This document shows, in pieces, positions 25,100-39,259 of a stretch of 64,000 nucleotides of DNA. The DNA lies in the NCBI RefSeq assembly GCF_009834535.1, contig NC_045707.1, positions 59,522,001 through 59,586,000 on the forward strand. Direction: 5' to 3'. The notes below the pieces were generated by a model. That model was given only the letters and a program-made list of their open reading frames with translations. It had not been told where the DNA came from and searched no databases. Source of the stretch: Camelus ferus (taxonomy: Eukaryota). The first letter of the stretch is position 1. Every line of letters starts with the position of its first letter. The translations under genes were made by a program, and so were the position numbers.

Positions 25100-25310
25100 C
25101 TAGTGGTTTTCAACTGGTCCCCCATAGGGACATTCAGCACTAGTGAGAGACATTTAAGTCATCGCAAATGAGGGTGTGGTGCTTCTGACAAAGGTAGGGG
25201 TCAACGATGCTGCTGTACATCCTACAATGAGAGGACAGCCCCCCCAACCCCAGCAAACAATTATGCAGAATTAATACATGTCAATAGAGCCAAGGTTGAG
25301 AAATTCTGGC
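25100..25310. mobile_element. MER20-like hAT-Charlie DNA transposon
   Basis: Termini tagtggttttcaact ... gccaaggttgagaaattctg. Internal gatgctgctgtacatcctacaatg...ggacagcccccc. Confidence 0.8.
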
Positions 25311-27050
25311 TTAGACTAAATTGTATTATATTTACAAAATTATTTAGAAATTCCAGTGGCTTACAGAAACAAAGATTCACTTTTGCTCACATCAATGTCC
25401 ATCCTATGTTGGCTGCAGCTCTGATCCAGGTACCCTTTATACTAAGACCCAGGCTAGAAGAGCAAATCCTTCAGTCCAGGATATGCTGGTAACTCAACAG
25501 AGGGAAAAAGGTAGGAGAAACCCAAGTTTCTGCTCAAGAATAGCTCATGTCATTTTTCCATTCACATATCATTGGTCAAATCCAATCACACGGTCCATCC
25601 TGATTCAAGGGGGCAAAAAACATACTCCTCCGTTAGAGGTGAATTTAGAAAGGGGTGAACTAAGTCCAAAGGAGACATTAATGAGGGGCTGCTTATTTTG
25701 AAGCTATAGCCCTAAACAGAGAAAAACATCAAAAGGGCATTTTTGTTTGCTTCTTGGTTTAAAGATACAGTTGTCAACTTGTAGCTGTAGTCGTTTTTCC
25801 CCCGGGAGCTACGTCAGTCCTTAAGTTTACCTTGAACAACAGAGGGGAATCCAATTACTGCTTCTCTAGAGGCAGTTATCTCTGCTGGCTTTGCCTGTAC
25901 ATTCACACATGGGTGTATTTGTACTTACTTGTATTCATCCGTTTAAATGTATGTTACACAAGGGGGAGGAGGACGTCTCAGCACGTAAGCGACGAATACA
26001 CCCAGTCAAGGCTAAAAATGCGAGTCACTCTAATTTAGCCAAGACTTCACATAAAGTATAGCCACTGTAATGTTCTGAAAAGAAGTGTTTTTGAGCTCCC
26101 TAGTAAACACAATTATAAAGTAGCTATTTAAGAAAAAAGATCTAAACTGATTTAAATGACCTGAGCTTGATCACCTTAATCTTTGTAAACATCCAAGAAA
26201 AAGGCAAATTAAGTGATCATTTACAAAAGTCTTAAACGCCAGATATTTCCCATTATTCAATACAAAGTTTGGGAAGTCAGAAAAACAAAACAGAACAAAA
26301 CATGTAACCATTCATTTTCCCCCTTTAATCTAAATTCTCACTTCTAAAAGGATTTGTTGAATTCATCCAATTATTTAATTATTTTTATTTAAGAATGACA
26401 CACTGGCTTTGCTGATTCTGATTCAGTCTGGCATCTATCACCATTCTATATTAAATGCAAATTCTAGATGAGGATTAAAAGATGGATTAAACAAAGGTTA
26501 TCCATGTCGGCAGATGGCCTTATGCAAAACAAGGGGCAAGTGTGAACCTACGTATTAGAAAAAAAATAAAAACTTTCTGAATGATTCCTGTGGAATGAAA
26601 AAATCAAGCTCACTTTACATTTGGCAGGATCTCTTGGCACTTGATGAAAGGGATGGTCTCTGAGGCCAAATTCTTTTTGTCAATGAATGAGAGAATAAAA
26701 CCCAAGCCAAAGCAGTAAAAAAAACTGAACCATCAATTCAGCCAGACTTGTAATATTGAGGTCATGGCATGAATCTTAAAGGACAGGCTGGAAGCAAGAG
26801 GCTCACTCACTCTTTGTCACAAATTATAAAATACATGACTGTAATAATTAATAGAATCACCATCATCAGACTGGGTAAATATCACTAGCTTCCTCCCTAA
26901 AAGCATAATAAACAGCGGGAAACCTGAGAGATACACGTAAAGGCTTTGGAGGGATTTAGGGTCTTCCAATTGTAAGAGTCCCGAGTCTTCTCCAGCTTGA
27001 CATTTTACTGAGTGCCACTCCTTTCTGACACCGATCTTCACAACACAATT

Positions 27051-27104
27051 TTTTTTTTTTATTGAGATACAGTCAGTTTACAATGTTGTGTTAATTTCTG
27101 GACG
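27051..27104 (-). mobile_element. Extremely 5'-truncated L1 (about 55 bp) with poly(A) and TSD
   Basis: T-run followed by attgagatacagtcagtttacaatgttgtgttaatttctgg. Flanked by CAACACAATT (27041-27050) and CACCACAATT (27105-27114). Confidence 0.75.
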
Positions 27105-27329
27105 CACCACAATTAACTACATTTTTGACTTCTGCCACCATTTAATCACAGAGACATTGTTTCTATAAGTTCAAATGAGCTACCACGTAGATAAAAGGCA
27201 AAGAGCTAAGCTTCCTACTAACTTAGTGAATCCCTCGAACAAAGCTGCTTTTCAGTGTGAACCACTCGAGTCCGCTCCTTAACAGCATCACAAATCTTTA
27301 TGTGTCATGCATCTCGCTGGTCACACAAT

Positions 27330-27845
27330 AGGGATGCTTTTCATACTCGGTGAGGCACAAAAAGGGATTTTCCCTGGGTAACATAACAGGACAGTGCAAA
27401 GGAGGAGGGAGAGAGAGTTCCTGACATGGCTTGTTCAGGGGCTCAGACATTTCCTACGTTGGTCTTGAGCTAGTTCTCTCCTGCTTTGGCCTCCGTTTTC
27501 TCTGTTTGGTTCACTTGAGGGTGAAGATAACTGCCAGCAGCTCCAAGCTGTCTTTTGATTAGCTTCAGGTCTTGTGGGAAAATAGAGTTATCTCTTCCCT
27601 AATAATGTTAGAAAAGCTGTGAGACTGATTCTCACTGGTTCTGATTGAGCTGAATTGCGTCACATGTCCGCTCCTGAAAGAATCACTGTGGTCAACTGAA
27701 TGGATTGTTCTGATTGGATCTGCTCGGGTCAATTTCACATGAACCACATGAGCAGAGGTCAATGGGGCTATGGTTCCTTAAAAGCCAAATCAAGGTGCTG
27801 CTATTAGCAGATGGGGCAATGGATGCTGGTCAGGCAAAACTCTAC
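27330..27845 (-). mobile_element. Old MaLR LTR (MLT1J/K-like)
   Basis: Contains gtcacatgtccgctcctgaaagaatcactgtgg, tctgattgg and aatggatgctggtcaggcaaaa. Confidence 0.55.
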
Positions 27846-28802
27846 CAGGACACCAAGGTCTGCCAACTGCGAAGGCAATGATGTTTTAGATATAGAGCTT
27901 CTAACACACGTGATGTGTTTTTCACCAGAATCTTTCATTGCTGGTAGGGACTAGGTGGAGACTTGAAATTAACTAGCTCTGTGATTTCATCCAAAGAGTA
28001 CTTTGAAGTGAGAGAGGGCCGAGGGAGTAAATGGTGTATGCAAGAGTGAAATCACATTCAGTCCCTACAGGAATTCAGCTGACTAAGGAGGGAAGAAAAG
28101 ATGTGCAGAGTTTGGTGATGGTAAGCAAAAGGTGGTGAGATCAATGAACTGGAAATCCTGGTACAACTAGGGGTGGAGTCAGAGCAAAGCACAGACACTG
28201 AAAAGACAGGAGGTTGTTAGCAGCAAGAATGGGGTGCATGAGGTTACAGAGACTTTGCAGATTCTGATGATGGCCACGTCTAGGACGTGACCAAGAGAGG
28301 GATTAGAAGACAAGATCATTAGAAGAAAGGCCAGGGTGTATGACCTATGTTCTTGTCATTGTCCTGCTTCCCAATGACAGCCATCCTCTCATCACTGGTC
28401 TACCAGAATACGCTCATCTAGATTTCTCCAAGTACAGTACTCAATTTGTACCTTCCCTATCAGATACAATATCTTTCTTCCATGAAATCTCAAGTTTGCA
28501 TTGGGAGAAATTTTCAATATCCCACTATTGGCTAATGATAAACAAGGGATATTGGGAATGACACAATCAGATAAGCCTCATTTCAGCATTTATTTGCTAG
28601 TTTCTTCCTCTGACTATATTCCTATCTAAATCATAGACAAATCTATGGCTCTATACCAACAATTATTGCTACAAAATAATATTATACCTTCTAATAAACC
28701 CATCAAACTATTATATTATTTTAAGGTCTATTTTATATTTCACTTCCAAATATTCTATTAAAAATCAGAACATTAAATGGAAATTTTAAAGGAAATTTCC
28801 AG

Positions 28803-28880
28803 TTTTATTGAGATGTAATTGTCATATAGCACTGTATAAGTGTAACGTGTACAACATAATGTTTTGAGTTACATAAATGT
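28803..28880 (-). mobile_element. L1 3' end fragment (L1MA-like)
   Basis: ttttattgagatgtaattgtcatatagcactgtataagtgtaacgtgtacaacataatg. Confidence 0.7.
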
Positions 28881-30402
28881 AAATCTGTAACTGGCAGTAT
28901 GAAAAAATGATCAAATGGTGGGAAGAAAAAGGAACTGGGGAAAAAAATCAAACATGGGTATTCAATCAATAAGTGATACATTAATTCAGAAAACAAGGTT
29001 TCTTTGTGAAAGTCACATAAAAATTAGATTTCAAAGCTTACTAAATGTATTTTCTCCTACAGATTTGAGATCTGGTATTTCACAGGTAAAAGCTAATTGG
29101 AGACATTCATGAGTAAAGAAACGTATGAAACATACATCTTCATGCCACACTATGTTTAAATAATATCTAATCACAATACAGATATATATCGTCATTCTGA
29201 CTGTGGGACTATTTGGCGCTATGGAAAACCAACACTCCTACCAAGAGTTTGAAAAACCTACAAATACCATCCCCATAGCTATGCCTTGGCATTACCATTT
29301 CTCCCCCTTCCTTGCACCGGCCCCCTGTAATCACATGAAAACTCTGATACCTAATGATGCCACTGATGTTAATCCCCAAAGGCCCGTGGGATGCTGTGTT
29401 GTCACTGTTATCAGTATCAACTGGCAGATATTACAGCAGTTGCTAACACTTGCCAAAGTGTTTCAAGTCTGTGGAAATGACAAAGTTTCTTAACCTCCAA
29501 ATTTGCAGTATGGTTACTCTTATGAACGTCAGAACAACACTTCGGGTCCTTGGAGGACTACAGTCATTTTTAAATATTAAGTAGTTCTTTTAGTTTTTTT
29601 TTTCCCTTAGGAATATACAAGGGCTGAGCCAGAGATTTACTGGAATAACAGACAAACCTCTACTTCTATGCATTCTTATATTTGGAAACAGATAATGTTC
29701 TTGAACTCTCTTTCCCCTTAGGAGCAGTATATTGTGCTAAGAGCCTTCTTTAGGTCTTATGGACCCATATATAATCAAATGACACCAAAGGCCTTCCATA
29801 TGTGCCTATGTTTATCTGGGTCCTAGGAAAAACAATGGACTACAGCTGAGAATCCTGTTTAATACACTTACAAATCTGAAAAATTGTATCTGGAGTACGT
29901 ATATGTCATTTTTCTTACATGATTTGTATATAATAAAATATTTCCATAATTAGACTTTCCCCATTTGGAACCACCATGTAGAAATATTCAAAGTCATCCA
30001 GAATTGAAGACAGAGCAGGGTTGGATTGGCCACGGGAATGTTACATTGCCACCTGATCATTAATATTTTTTAAATCTCCAAATATGTTCAAGGAGTTCCT
30101 TATCAACAAGAGAAGACTCTCCAGGTTTTCCCTGATTGTATTCAACTTGACTGAGGGCAACAATGACTTAAAATCTCAGCCTCTGAGAGCACTACCCTTC
30201 TTCATAGAATTCTTTACAGAGCAACAAAGAGATCGTCCTAAGCAGAGTAGCCACATATCTAAGCGTCTCTGAAGCATGAAATGCACACAGGCCATTTATG
30301 CCTAAGGAAAAACAGCATAGCACAAATATGATTTAATAAAAAGACTTTTGGAGAGATTACAAAGATTGTGAGTTTGACCTACCCATCCATCAGGTCACTT
30401 AC

Positions 30403-30518
30403 CAGATATCTCCTCTAGGCACTGCTTAGCTGTCTTACTATATGATAAATCCATCTTAGTGGGGCTGGTACAGGAGTCGGCAGATGGTAAAGAGGTACCT
30501 TCATTTTCTGAATGTGCT
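30403..30518 (-). CDS. NAV3: NAV3 internal coding exon (~exon 9, 116 nt), (R)AHSENEGTSLPSADSCTSPTKMDLSYSKTAKQCLEEIS(G)
   Basis: Acceptor atttcag|A and donor G|gtaagt. Phase 2 to 1. Lies within ORF 30395..30586. Confidence 0.95.
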
Positions 30519-31067
30519 CTGAAATTAACCAAGAAGACAGAAATACCAATTGCTGTCACCAGTGACTCATCAAAGTTCTCTAGCATAATATGAAATCAAC
30601 AGAAGTTTTCTATCAAGGTAAGTAAGCATTACTTTATGACTGGGACATTCAAAGCTGTCAATCTACAGGAGAATTTCCTTATTTTTTATATACAACCCAA
30701 GTTGCAGTGAGACATTAAATCAGCTTTCTCAGACTTTTCTAAGTTTAAAATCTTATAATTATCAATATTTGACTTTTTTTGGGAGGGGGCAAAAGACTTA
30801 AAAATATTCTTTCTTTTTTTTTTTTTTGGCTGTCTTAGAGAAAGTCTGTCTAAATTGTGTTCTTGTGAGGAATAACTAATAAAAGCCCTTAAAACACCTC
30901 TAAAATTATTTTTCCATGAAAATTCTATTGAATATATCCTAAAATACAAAGTAGAAGTTGAAATAAATATTGAATTTGCTATGGGCTATTAATGTCTTGA
31001 TCTCAGGAAAATTAAAGTCAATCAAAACCAGATTCTCATTCTTACAACCCTCTTTTATGTTTATAAT

Positions 31068-31068
<1 letters not shown>

Positions 31069-31107
<39 letters not shown>

Positions 31108-31108
31108 C
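31069..31108. repeat. Compound (TG)n(TA)n microsatellite
   Basis: About 8 TG units followed by about 12 TA units. Confidence 0.95.
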
Positions 31109-31959
31109 ATGGGTATGTATTTGTGTGTGTGGTTAACATGTAAAGAGTAGGTCCAATCAAATAAAAAGCACTCTGCAGAGGGACTGCATATGTTTTGATA
31201 TTCCAATCTTCATGCATTGCTTCTTCCTTTTATGCACAGGCGAATGTTTTATGAGGCATTATCTTTCCTTATGCAGCTTCAAAATCTACATTGGTCAAAA
31301 CCACCATATTTTTAAAAAGTCCACAGCATGAACTACAAGAGAATGAAGGAGGCAAGACCATACAGCCTTGTATGCCGGACTTTGTTCTTACAGTTATTTC
31401 ATTTGCCTTGGAATCCCACTTCTAGTACTGGGTTTGGACTGTGGCAAGCAATCATTAAAAATCTCTTACTTAAAAAAAATCTAAAGAGAATGTCTGAAAT
31501 GTGAAAGAAAAATTTGACATATTTTAAAAATCAATTTTAATTAATATATTACTTTTACTCTAAATTCTGCTTTTGTTTGAGAGAAAATAAAGTCTAATCA
31601 TTGAAGCCAGAAATATTTTTTATGTATCTGACAGATCTAAAAACTCTGAAAAGCTCATGAGGATTTTAATAAATCATGGAAAACTATATGCTGTCTGTTT
31701 GTCTGTCTGCCTGTGTATAGGAATTGATACAATAAAGAAAGATAGAGCTTTGTAAGAATTCATACAAAGTTGTGTCTTGACCTCTGGTGATTTCTGGCAG
31801 ACATTCCTAATTTACTATAACTTGAAACTGAATGTAAGAGGCATGGAAAAATTAAGAAAGATAATATGCTGTTCAAATGACAAGATATAACATTAAGGCC
31901 AGTGAAGTCTTCAATGTTGTGAAAATCAACAGACATTTTCCGTCTTTGCCTTCCTTGAT

Positions 31960-32915
31960 ATCTTGGTAGCATTTAGGACAGCAGACCACTCCCCTCTTTA
32001 TGAAACTCTCCTACCTTGGGTTCTACAATAAAAATTCTCCAGTTCGTTTCCCATTCTCTCTGGATGCTACTTTCCCCCTCTTTGTTCTTTTTTCCTCTTT
32101 GTTCTTTTTTACCCAATCATTCAATGTTGTGATTCTCGGCATTAAAAAGGTGATAGAGAGGGCAACAGTTGGGGGCTCCTCAAAGCAACATCCTAAACTT
32201 CTTCAGTCTGTATGGTCTCTCTAGATGATCTCAAATACACCCACTGTATTAATGATAACCTGTCCGCACATGAATTCCAAATTCAAACTCTAACCCAGAA
32301 CTGTTCTCGAATTCCACATGTGAATCATAACTGCCTAATTGGTATTATTTCCTGGTTATCACAGAGATAATTAAACCCATCATGTACAGAACTGAATTTG
32401 TGACATTTTTCTCCACAACCCTGATCCTCACTCATGGTGCCCCCGGGTGAAACTTTAAGGGGGGCTTGGAGGCTTTGCGTGTTCTGACCTCTGTGCCTCT
32501 CCAGTACGTTCTTGCACAGGACTCTCCTTATTCCTCTCTCCTGTGGTCCCAAGAGTCTTACGCACTTCCTACAGCTCCCTGCCTCAACAGGGCCTTTGCC
32601 CTTGAACATTTTCCTTTCCACATCATCCAATTAAATCTTTCCCTTTAAGTCTCAGCTCAAGTGACTCTTTCTTAAAGAACCAACCCTAATTTTCAGCTGA
32701 AGTCCCAAGTTACAAATACTTATCTCTCCCTGTACTTATCTTGACAGCACTTCCCACCCTTGTAGTGTGAAATTTGTGTCATTATTTGATGAATGTTTAC
32801 CTCTCAAACTAGAGTCTATCCCCCATGTTTAAGCCCACCATTTCACCCCAGCGCCTAACCCCGTGTCTAGCATGCATGCTGCACTCAGCAAATATTTGAT
32901 AGTTGAATGAATAAA
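31960..32915 (+). mobile_element. L2 LINE 3' portion
   Basis: L2-like body (gaccactcccctcttt, tctcagctcaagtgac) ending in the L2 tail ...ctcagcaaatatttgatagttgaatgaataaat. Confidence 0.7.
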
Positions 32916-34777
32916 TCCTGTCAGTAGTGATCATAAAATAGTGTCACTGGCAGAGAAAGCATACGGAAGGAAGTATGGTATAATGGTGCATTCACTGGGT
33001 CTGGCTGTAAAACTCAGCTCTCTCACTAAACAGTTATTAGCTCACATGACCCGGCTAAGGTGCTTAGTTTCTCTGAACCTAAATTTGCTTCTGTGTAAAA
33101 GCAAAGAAAAATACGTTCCTTGCAAAATAATTGTGAGCTCAAGTGTTATGATTACTAAAGGTCTGGAAAGGCATTTAGATACAGAGTGTCTCCCTCTAGG
33201 ACAATCTCTATGGGGCAAAAGAATACTCAGAATGTGTGCTGGGAGTAGTTTTGTCTTTGCTCCAAATACATAGATTTTAAGAAGTATTCCTCAGCGTATG
33301 TCTGTCTTCCTCAGTGCACGAGCCCTGGCACTCAAGTCCACTGGCTAAGTCTTCACTCTTTGATAAAAAGTATTCAAACCTCTCTTAGAAGTCTTTGTTT
33401 CATTTCATTTGTTAAGGTGGCAGTTGCACATTTCTGGCTGATTTGCTTTTTTTTTGTTTTCAATACAAAAAATAACTTTTTTTAGAATTAGAGCTTTACC
33501 TCTGAGCCCGTAGTTCTTGATTTTAGAACACACTTTAAATGCAGTCAGAAAATCACCTACAAATAAATCCCATTTTAACCTACGTCCTGGAAATGGGCTG
33601 TTGTTAGGGATGGAGGTCGGAGACTCTACCTGAAGCATTCCATAAACATCCTACCAACTGTGATTGGTATAAAACAAGACATATGTAGGTCACGTCATAA
33701 GCAGGACCATATTCAAGAAAGTGTAAGACTAGTTAATGTGCCCAGAGTGTATTTTCAAGCACTTTCTTTGAAAGTAAAGTACAACAAAGCTAGATTTGAA
33801 TAGTTGGTCTTTCAGGTTCAAAAGTGGGTAATGCGAAGCTTCTTCAATGATTTGCTCTTTTTTTTTTTTCTTAGTCTAAGTCACAAGAGACATCTTATTT
33901 ACACCGTATTTTCAAGTTCTTTGGTGCATGTTCCACAGTATCCCCTGTGAGTTACCCACATTAACAATAACAGGGAAACAGTTTGATCAAGGGAAGGAAC
34001 ATGGAGAAGTTAAACTTTAAATAATTATAAAAAGACCTTAGAAATCATCTTTGGTTTGTAGTCATATGTAAACGGGTCCAGATCCCCTGCTCTCTCTATA
34101 TTACAAGCCATCCATTTCTCCAGGATTTCCACCTCCCTTTCTGTTAAAGGGGAATCAGATTTTAACTCCAGTCTCTAGAGGAGCAATCAAAACTAACTGG
34201 GAAAGATTTAGCTTTTATACACATGATCAAAGAAGTTCAGTTAAATCTCTGAAGACTCTCACCATGTCCTTTATTTCTGTGCAAGCTTCATCCCAGTAAA
34301 ATAAAAGGTTTCGAGGTTGATTCATAAAACAATTTCAGAAGACGTCAGAATGAACAGCGTTCTCTAATCAAAAGGTCCATGCTGTGGTGGCATCATTCAC
34401 TGTTCCCACATACAGTGATGGCCCGTTCCCTTCATATTAACGGGGAAAGGGAAAAATGGGTATCATGACGTTCCTCCAAAATATTTAGAAGACACAATCC
34501 TGCACAGACTATCTTACTGTGCATTTACAACAGGAGCAACATGTCTCAAGCACTTGCTGAAACTGTAACATAGGGCATTGCAAAAACACCATTTAATTTA
34601 CGTAGAGTTCTAATAAGCCAGACATTCAGTGCTGATGTCTGCCACTAAGAATCCTAGACGTTAAAGGTCTAGATTTCAATAAAAGCTATTTCCTGTTCCT
34701 ATGCATGTACTCTGTGCTAAGTACTATGCCTTGTGTTTTAACTAGGGCATATGATTCAAACTTCACAATGATCTTGT

Positions 34778-35072
34778 TGCCACGGACTGAACGTCTGTTT
34801 CCTCCCAAGTTCATGTGTTGAAACCTAACCCCCAGGGTGATGGCAGTAGGAGGTGGAGCCTTTGGGAGGTGATTAGGTCATGACAATGGACTCCTCATGC
34901 ATGGAATTAGGGTCATTCCAAAAGAGACCTCAGAGAGCTCCCTCCACCCTTCTGCCGTGAGAGGACAGAGTGAGAAGATGGTCTTCCAGGAACCAGCTAG
35001 GAGGCTCTCACTAGACACCAAATCTTCTGGTGCTTTGATCTTGGACTTTGCAGACTCCAGAACTATGGGTAA
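34778..35072 (+). mobile_element. MaLR LTR, MLT1A-like, 3'-truncated
   Basis: Reads ttcatgtgttgaaacctaaccccca...ggagcctttgggaggtgattaggtcatga...gatcttggactttgcagactccagaact. Confidence 0.88.
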
Positions 35073-35739
35073 CAAGCTGAGAAAGACTTAACACATACCT
35101 AAGCTGGCAGTTTTTAAACAGTGTTCTATTAACCACTACCCTACAGTTCAACTCCATCCAAATGTCCCTGGACACTGAGTATCTCAATGCATGTGACATC
35201 TCCTTAGTTGACAGACAGCTTAGTCACTAAGTTGATAATAGTATTTGAATGTGAGAAAAACCCAATGGTCTAACCTTAATCTTACTCTTCCCTGGCTTAA
35301 ATTTTTACTCTTAAGAAAAAGAAGCTATTACACATGCCATTTAAAGGAAATAAGCAATAAATCTAAATACTATTGATCTTCAGATTTCCAATTTCATAAA
35401 TATGGCGCTGCATGTTGATTTATATTAAAAATATATCCACATGTGAATTCATTTTAAAATGGATATGCTAGTCACAAATGTGGGCACAAATAGAACTGCT
35501 TTGAGTCAGCAACACTAACTAATGGTTTTGGAGTTCCTGCTTTATAAACCCCAAATAAAAGAAAGAGGAACAAGTATCTTTCCAAAACAAGCTCTCTCCT
35601 TCTTGGTGGGAAGGAAGGCAGAAAGGTGACAGCCAGGGTCAAGGCCAGGAATTGGTCAGAGTAAAGAGTAGCCCAGGGGGGTGGGAGACATGTTAGATTC
35701 GTATGTGTGTGTGTGTGTGGGGAGGAGTTGAGCAAATAA

Positions 35740-37025
35740 AAAATATGTTGAGGATAATGGGAGTCAGGTTTCTCAGTTGACAAAAGAAGGTGCAAGTATG
35801 GAAGGGACAAAGCAAGAATAATGTTTGTGTTGATTTGGAAATGGAGGTGTTGTGAATTCATGGTTGTGGTTATATGTATATCCATATCTCTATCTACCTA
35901 ATCCTTTTTATCTTTTTCCTCTATCTATCTATCTATCTATCTACCTATCAATCAATCATAGACATCTCATTGATACTGAGATATCTGTGTGTGTGTGTAC
36001 ACCTACATATATGTCATCATTTAGGAATCCTAGGAGCAATGAGATCTGGTTTCTACATATTACTCTTCACAAAAGAAACCAGGCCACCTTAGATAAAAGC
36101 TGAAGCCAAGGCAGTAAGTAAGAGTACAAGATGATCCCTAGATCACCCTGAGCCAAAAAGAAACAAAGTTCTCAAAGAATAATGCAGCAGTAGGCAGCTT
36201 AAAGGGGACTGCAGTAGCCAAATCTGGAAACATTTAGACATCGAAATAAATAGTCATATTGATAAATTATAATCCATTGACAGGAATAGGAATCCATTAG
36301 TCCACACAATTTTAAGAGAAAGGGGAGAGAGAAACGGAGGTGGAGAGAAAAATAAGAAGGGATACCTTTTTCTTAAAGTTAAATGGCAAGACAAAAATGC
36401 AGAAGAAATGATGTAATTAGGAATCACTTGATATCCATTGGAGTAAATTATGAATTTAGTCAAGAAACTCAGTGGATGCTAAAACTTATGGATGAAAGTA
36501 GATCAAGAAATAGAATTTTTACAGAGTCTTAAAGGATCTTCCCATAAAAAATACTTGTGAAATATAAATGGGGCAAAGTAACTTGAGAGAATTGTGGCAA
36601 ACATCATCCCAGTCAAGGGATCAAATTCAATAGCACCGAAATGGGAAGTATCAATATCACTGATACCTGATACGAATGCAACAGAAAAACACAGCATCAT
36701 TTCTGTGACATTCTAGACCAAAAATACGTAATACGGCTCTAACCATGAGAAAATATCAGACAAATCCAAATTAAGAAACATTCTATGAAATACCTGCCTT
36801 CAACACATCAATGCCATGGAAGTCAAGGGAAGACTACAGACCAGTTCCAGATGGAGGGATATTAGGAAGGCATGACAACTGGGTACAACGTTCATCCTGA
36901 ATTGGAGAAAAAAAAAGTGGTATCTCTGGGACAATTCATGAAACTTGACTAGGTCTCTGGGTGCTGTGAGTGAAATGTATATGGGAGTTCTTGGTGTGAT
37001 TCTTGCAAATTTTCTGTAAGTTTTG
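35740..37025 (+). mobile_element. Old L1 (L1MC/L1MD-like) 3'UTR
   Basis: Contains ggagtcaggtttctcagttg, gccaaatctggaaac, atcagacaaatccaaattaagaaacattcta, ttccagatggaggga...ggcatgacaact and gtatatgggagttct...cttgcaaattttctgtaagt. Confidence 0.75.
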
Positions 37026-39259
37026 CGTTTTTTCCCAAGAGGAGATAGAATATAGAAAAGAGAAACAGTAGTGGTTTGGTTGGGCAAGGTTGGCACTGAA
37101 CCTAGGAAGCTAAATTTATAAGGGGTACTTTATCAAGCTTCTCTGTGGAGAGATTGCCAAGTCATAGCAGTATTCTACACAACAGATCCTTCTCCAGCAG
37201 GAGCTCCGTATTCCATCTGAAAAACACTGCTGTGTGACGGAGGTTAAACTCCTACTCGTCGCACAGATGTATATATCAAACTTAGCCAAAGACAAGCTTG
37301 CAAGGCAAGCATTCAATAAGCTTTAGTTTGTGCTGATGATCAGTTATCCCCAGTTTACATAAAACCCCAATTGCAGTGCAATCTGTAGGAATAGCTGCAG
37401 GGCTTAGGAAAGCTTTATCTGCATGATGGTTATATGCTCTACATTTCAATCTTCGTAAACTCACAGCTCCTCCTACTCAATCTGCTGGTTCAACAAATAA
37501 ACCAAACTTAAAACAGCGTGAGTAAGCGTTTTCAAAACTATTGTTCTGCATCCTTTGCCTTTCAGAACATAGTATATTTAAGTATCCATTTTCTGTCACT
37601 TTCTAGGCAAATCTGAGATCTCACAAAAACTTGTCACCGCAAAAATCTTTCCTGAGAACCCTTGATACTGTTGTATAAGACACATCATATTATAACAAAT
37701 GAAGGGAAGCCTCTAAATTCAGACTTTCTTGACCTAATTTTACAAATCAAGTGTCTATAGAGGGTGTCCACTTATATTTAATTAACGGGCGTAAGAAGCA
37801 TGATGATTTTCTTCTCTGTTTAACAATGTTTTCCCTTATCTAAAGATTGGGTTTTTTCTTTCTTTTTTTCCCCTTTTGTGAAATGCCCACATCCCTGATT
37901 CTGCTCTCTTTGTTTTAGATGTTTGCTTTGTACCCAATGCACTGGTTTTTTTTTTTGTTTTTTTGGCATTTACTACAAATGGTCAGAAAATAACAAAGAG
38001 CATAGAGACCTCAAAATGGCAAGTTATGAATTTGGTTAATAGCTATTTTGAAATTTACAGGAGGCTTTTAAAAAGACTGAGGTTTAAAGAAAATGTGCAG
38101 GTCTTTCTTTCCTCCTCCATTAATTACGTTACTCCTTTACTTCACGTATCTTTGCAAGTATAAGGAGTATAGCTGTAAAATAATAAGCATAAAAGCAATG
38201 GAAGAAAAAATGACACATGGGAAGAGGGGAGGCAGCTTTGAAGGTCCAAAGGAGCTAACTTAACACTTTTTGAACGCCAGGCAAGGAAAACCAAAGAATA
38301 CAGCATTAAGGGTAGACACCAAGGAATAAGAGGAACAATGACAAGTAGACTTTTTCTTCTTAACTATGCCCCTCTTCTTCCTCTTTCTTGTCTTCCTATT
38401 ATCAGGACCTCTAATTCAAGTCTTAACAAAGTTAACTCTGAAAGTCAGTAAATTTCTCCTTCATCTAGTCATTGAATACGGTTATTATCCTACCCCGACC
38501 TCTCCCACTAACAATCCATTTGCACAACGAAGACAGTCATTTTCCAGACTGCACTGCACACACACGTATTCAAGTGCTAGAGTGTGTGCGCACACACACA
38601 CGAAGTCCAATTTTTTGACATTCAACAATTTCTACTACAATCAGGCTCCAATCAGTCTTCATTTTCCAGGAAAACTGATCTATTTGCCAACTACCCTACA
38701 TAGCTAGTGTTTACCTTGTTAATGTGGTTCCTTTAGTATCCCATTTCCTTTCCCGTCCCTCTCATCTCTGCATGCCCAAATCCCACTTCTCTCTCAGAAC
38801 ACAGCTTAAGTGCCACTTTCTCTGATTCCAACAGCTAGCAGTAATTTTCCATTTCTTGAAGTCTGAGTGCACCAAATCTGGTTCACTGCCGGTGGGATTC
38901 ACGTTTCCTGTTTCATTCTGTACTTATGTTTCAGTCAGTCTCTTGCCCATTACACTGTGGACAGTGGAAGGAAAATAACACATGTGATGTGTGATATTTC
39001 ACTCTAACCCTGATGCTTTGTGCAGTAAAGGTATTTAGCAGGTAGTTGAAAGAAGAAAAAAAAAATAAGTGAATGAATGTCCTGGAGAGAAGATACAGTT
39101 TGATTCTGTAAACATTGTAAAACTGTTTATAGTTCAGTGAAACCCTACCATTTATAGGAACTAAAAGACTTCAGAATTTTTCTGATTCTGTTGTACATTT
39201 TGGCACCTTTTCTATTCTCCTATAGCAGGTGAGTCTAACCCACGATAATGGTGTTTCAC

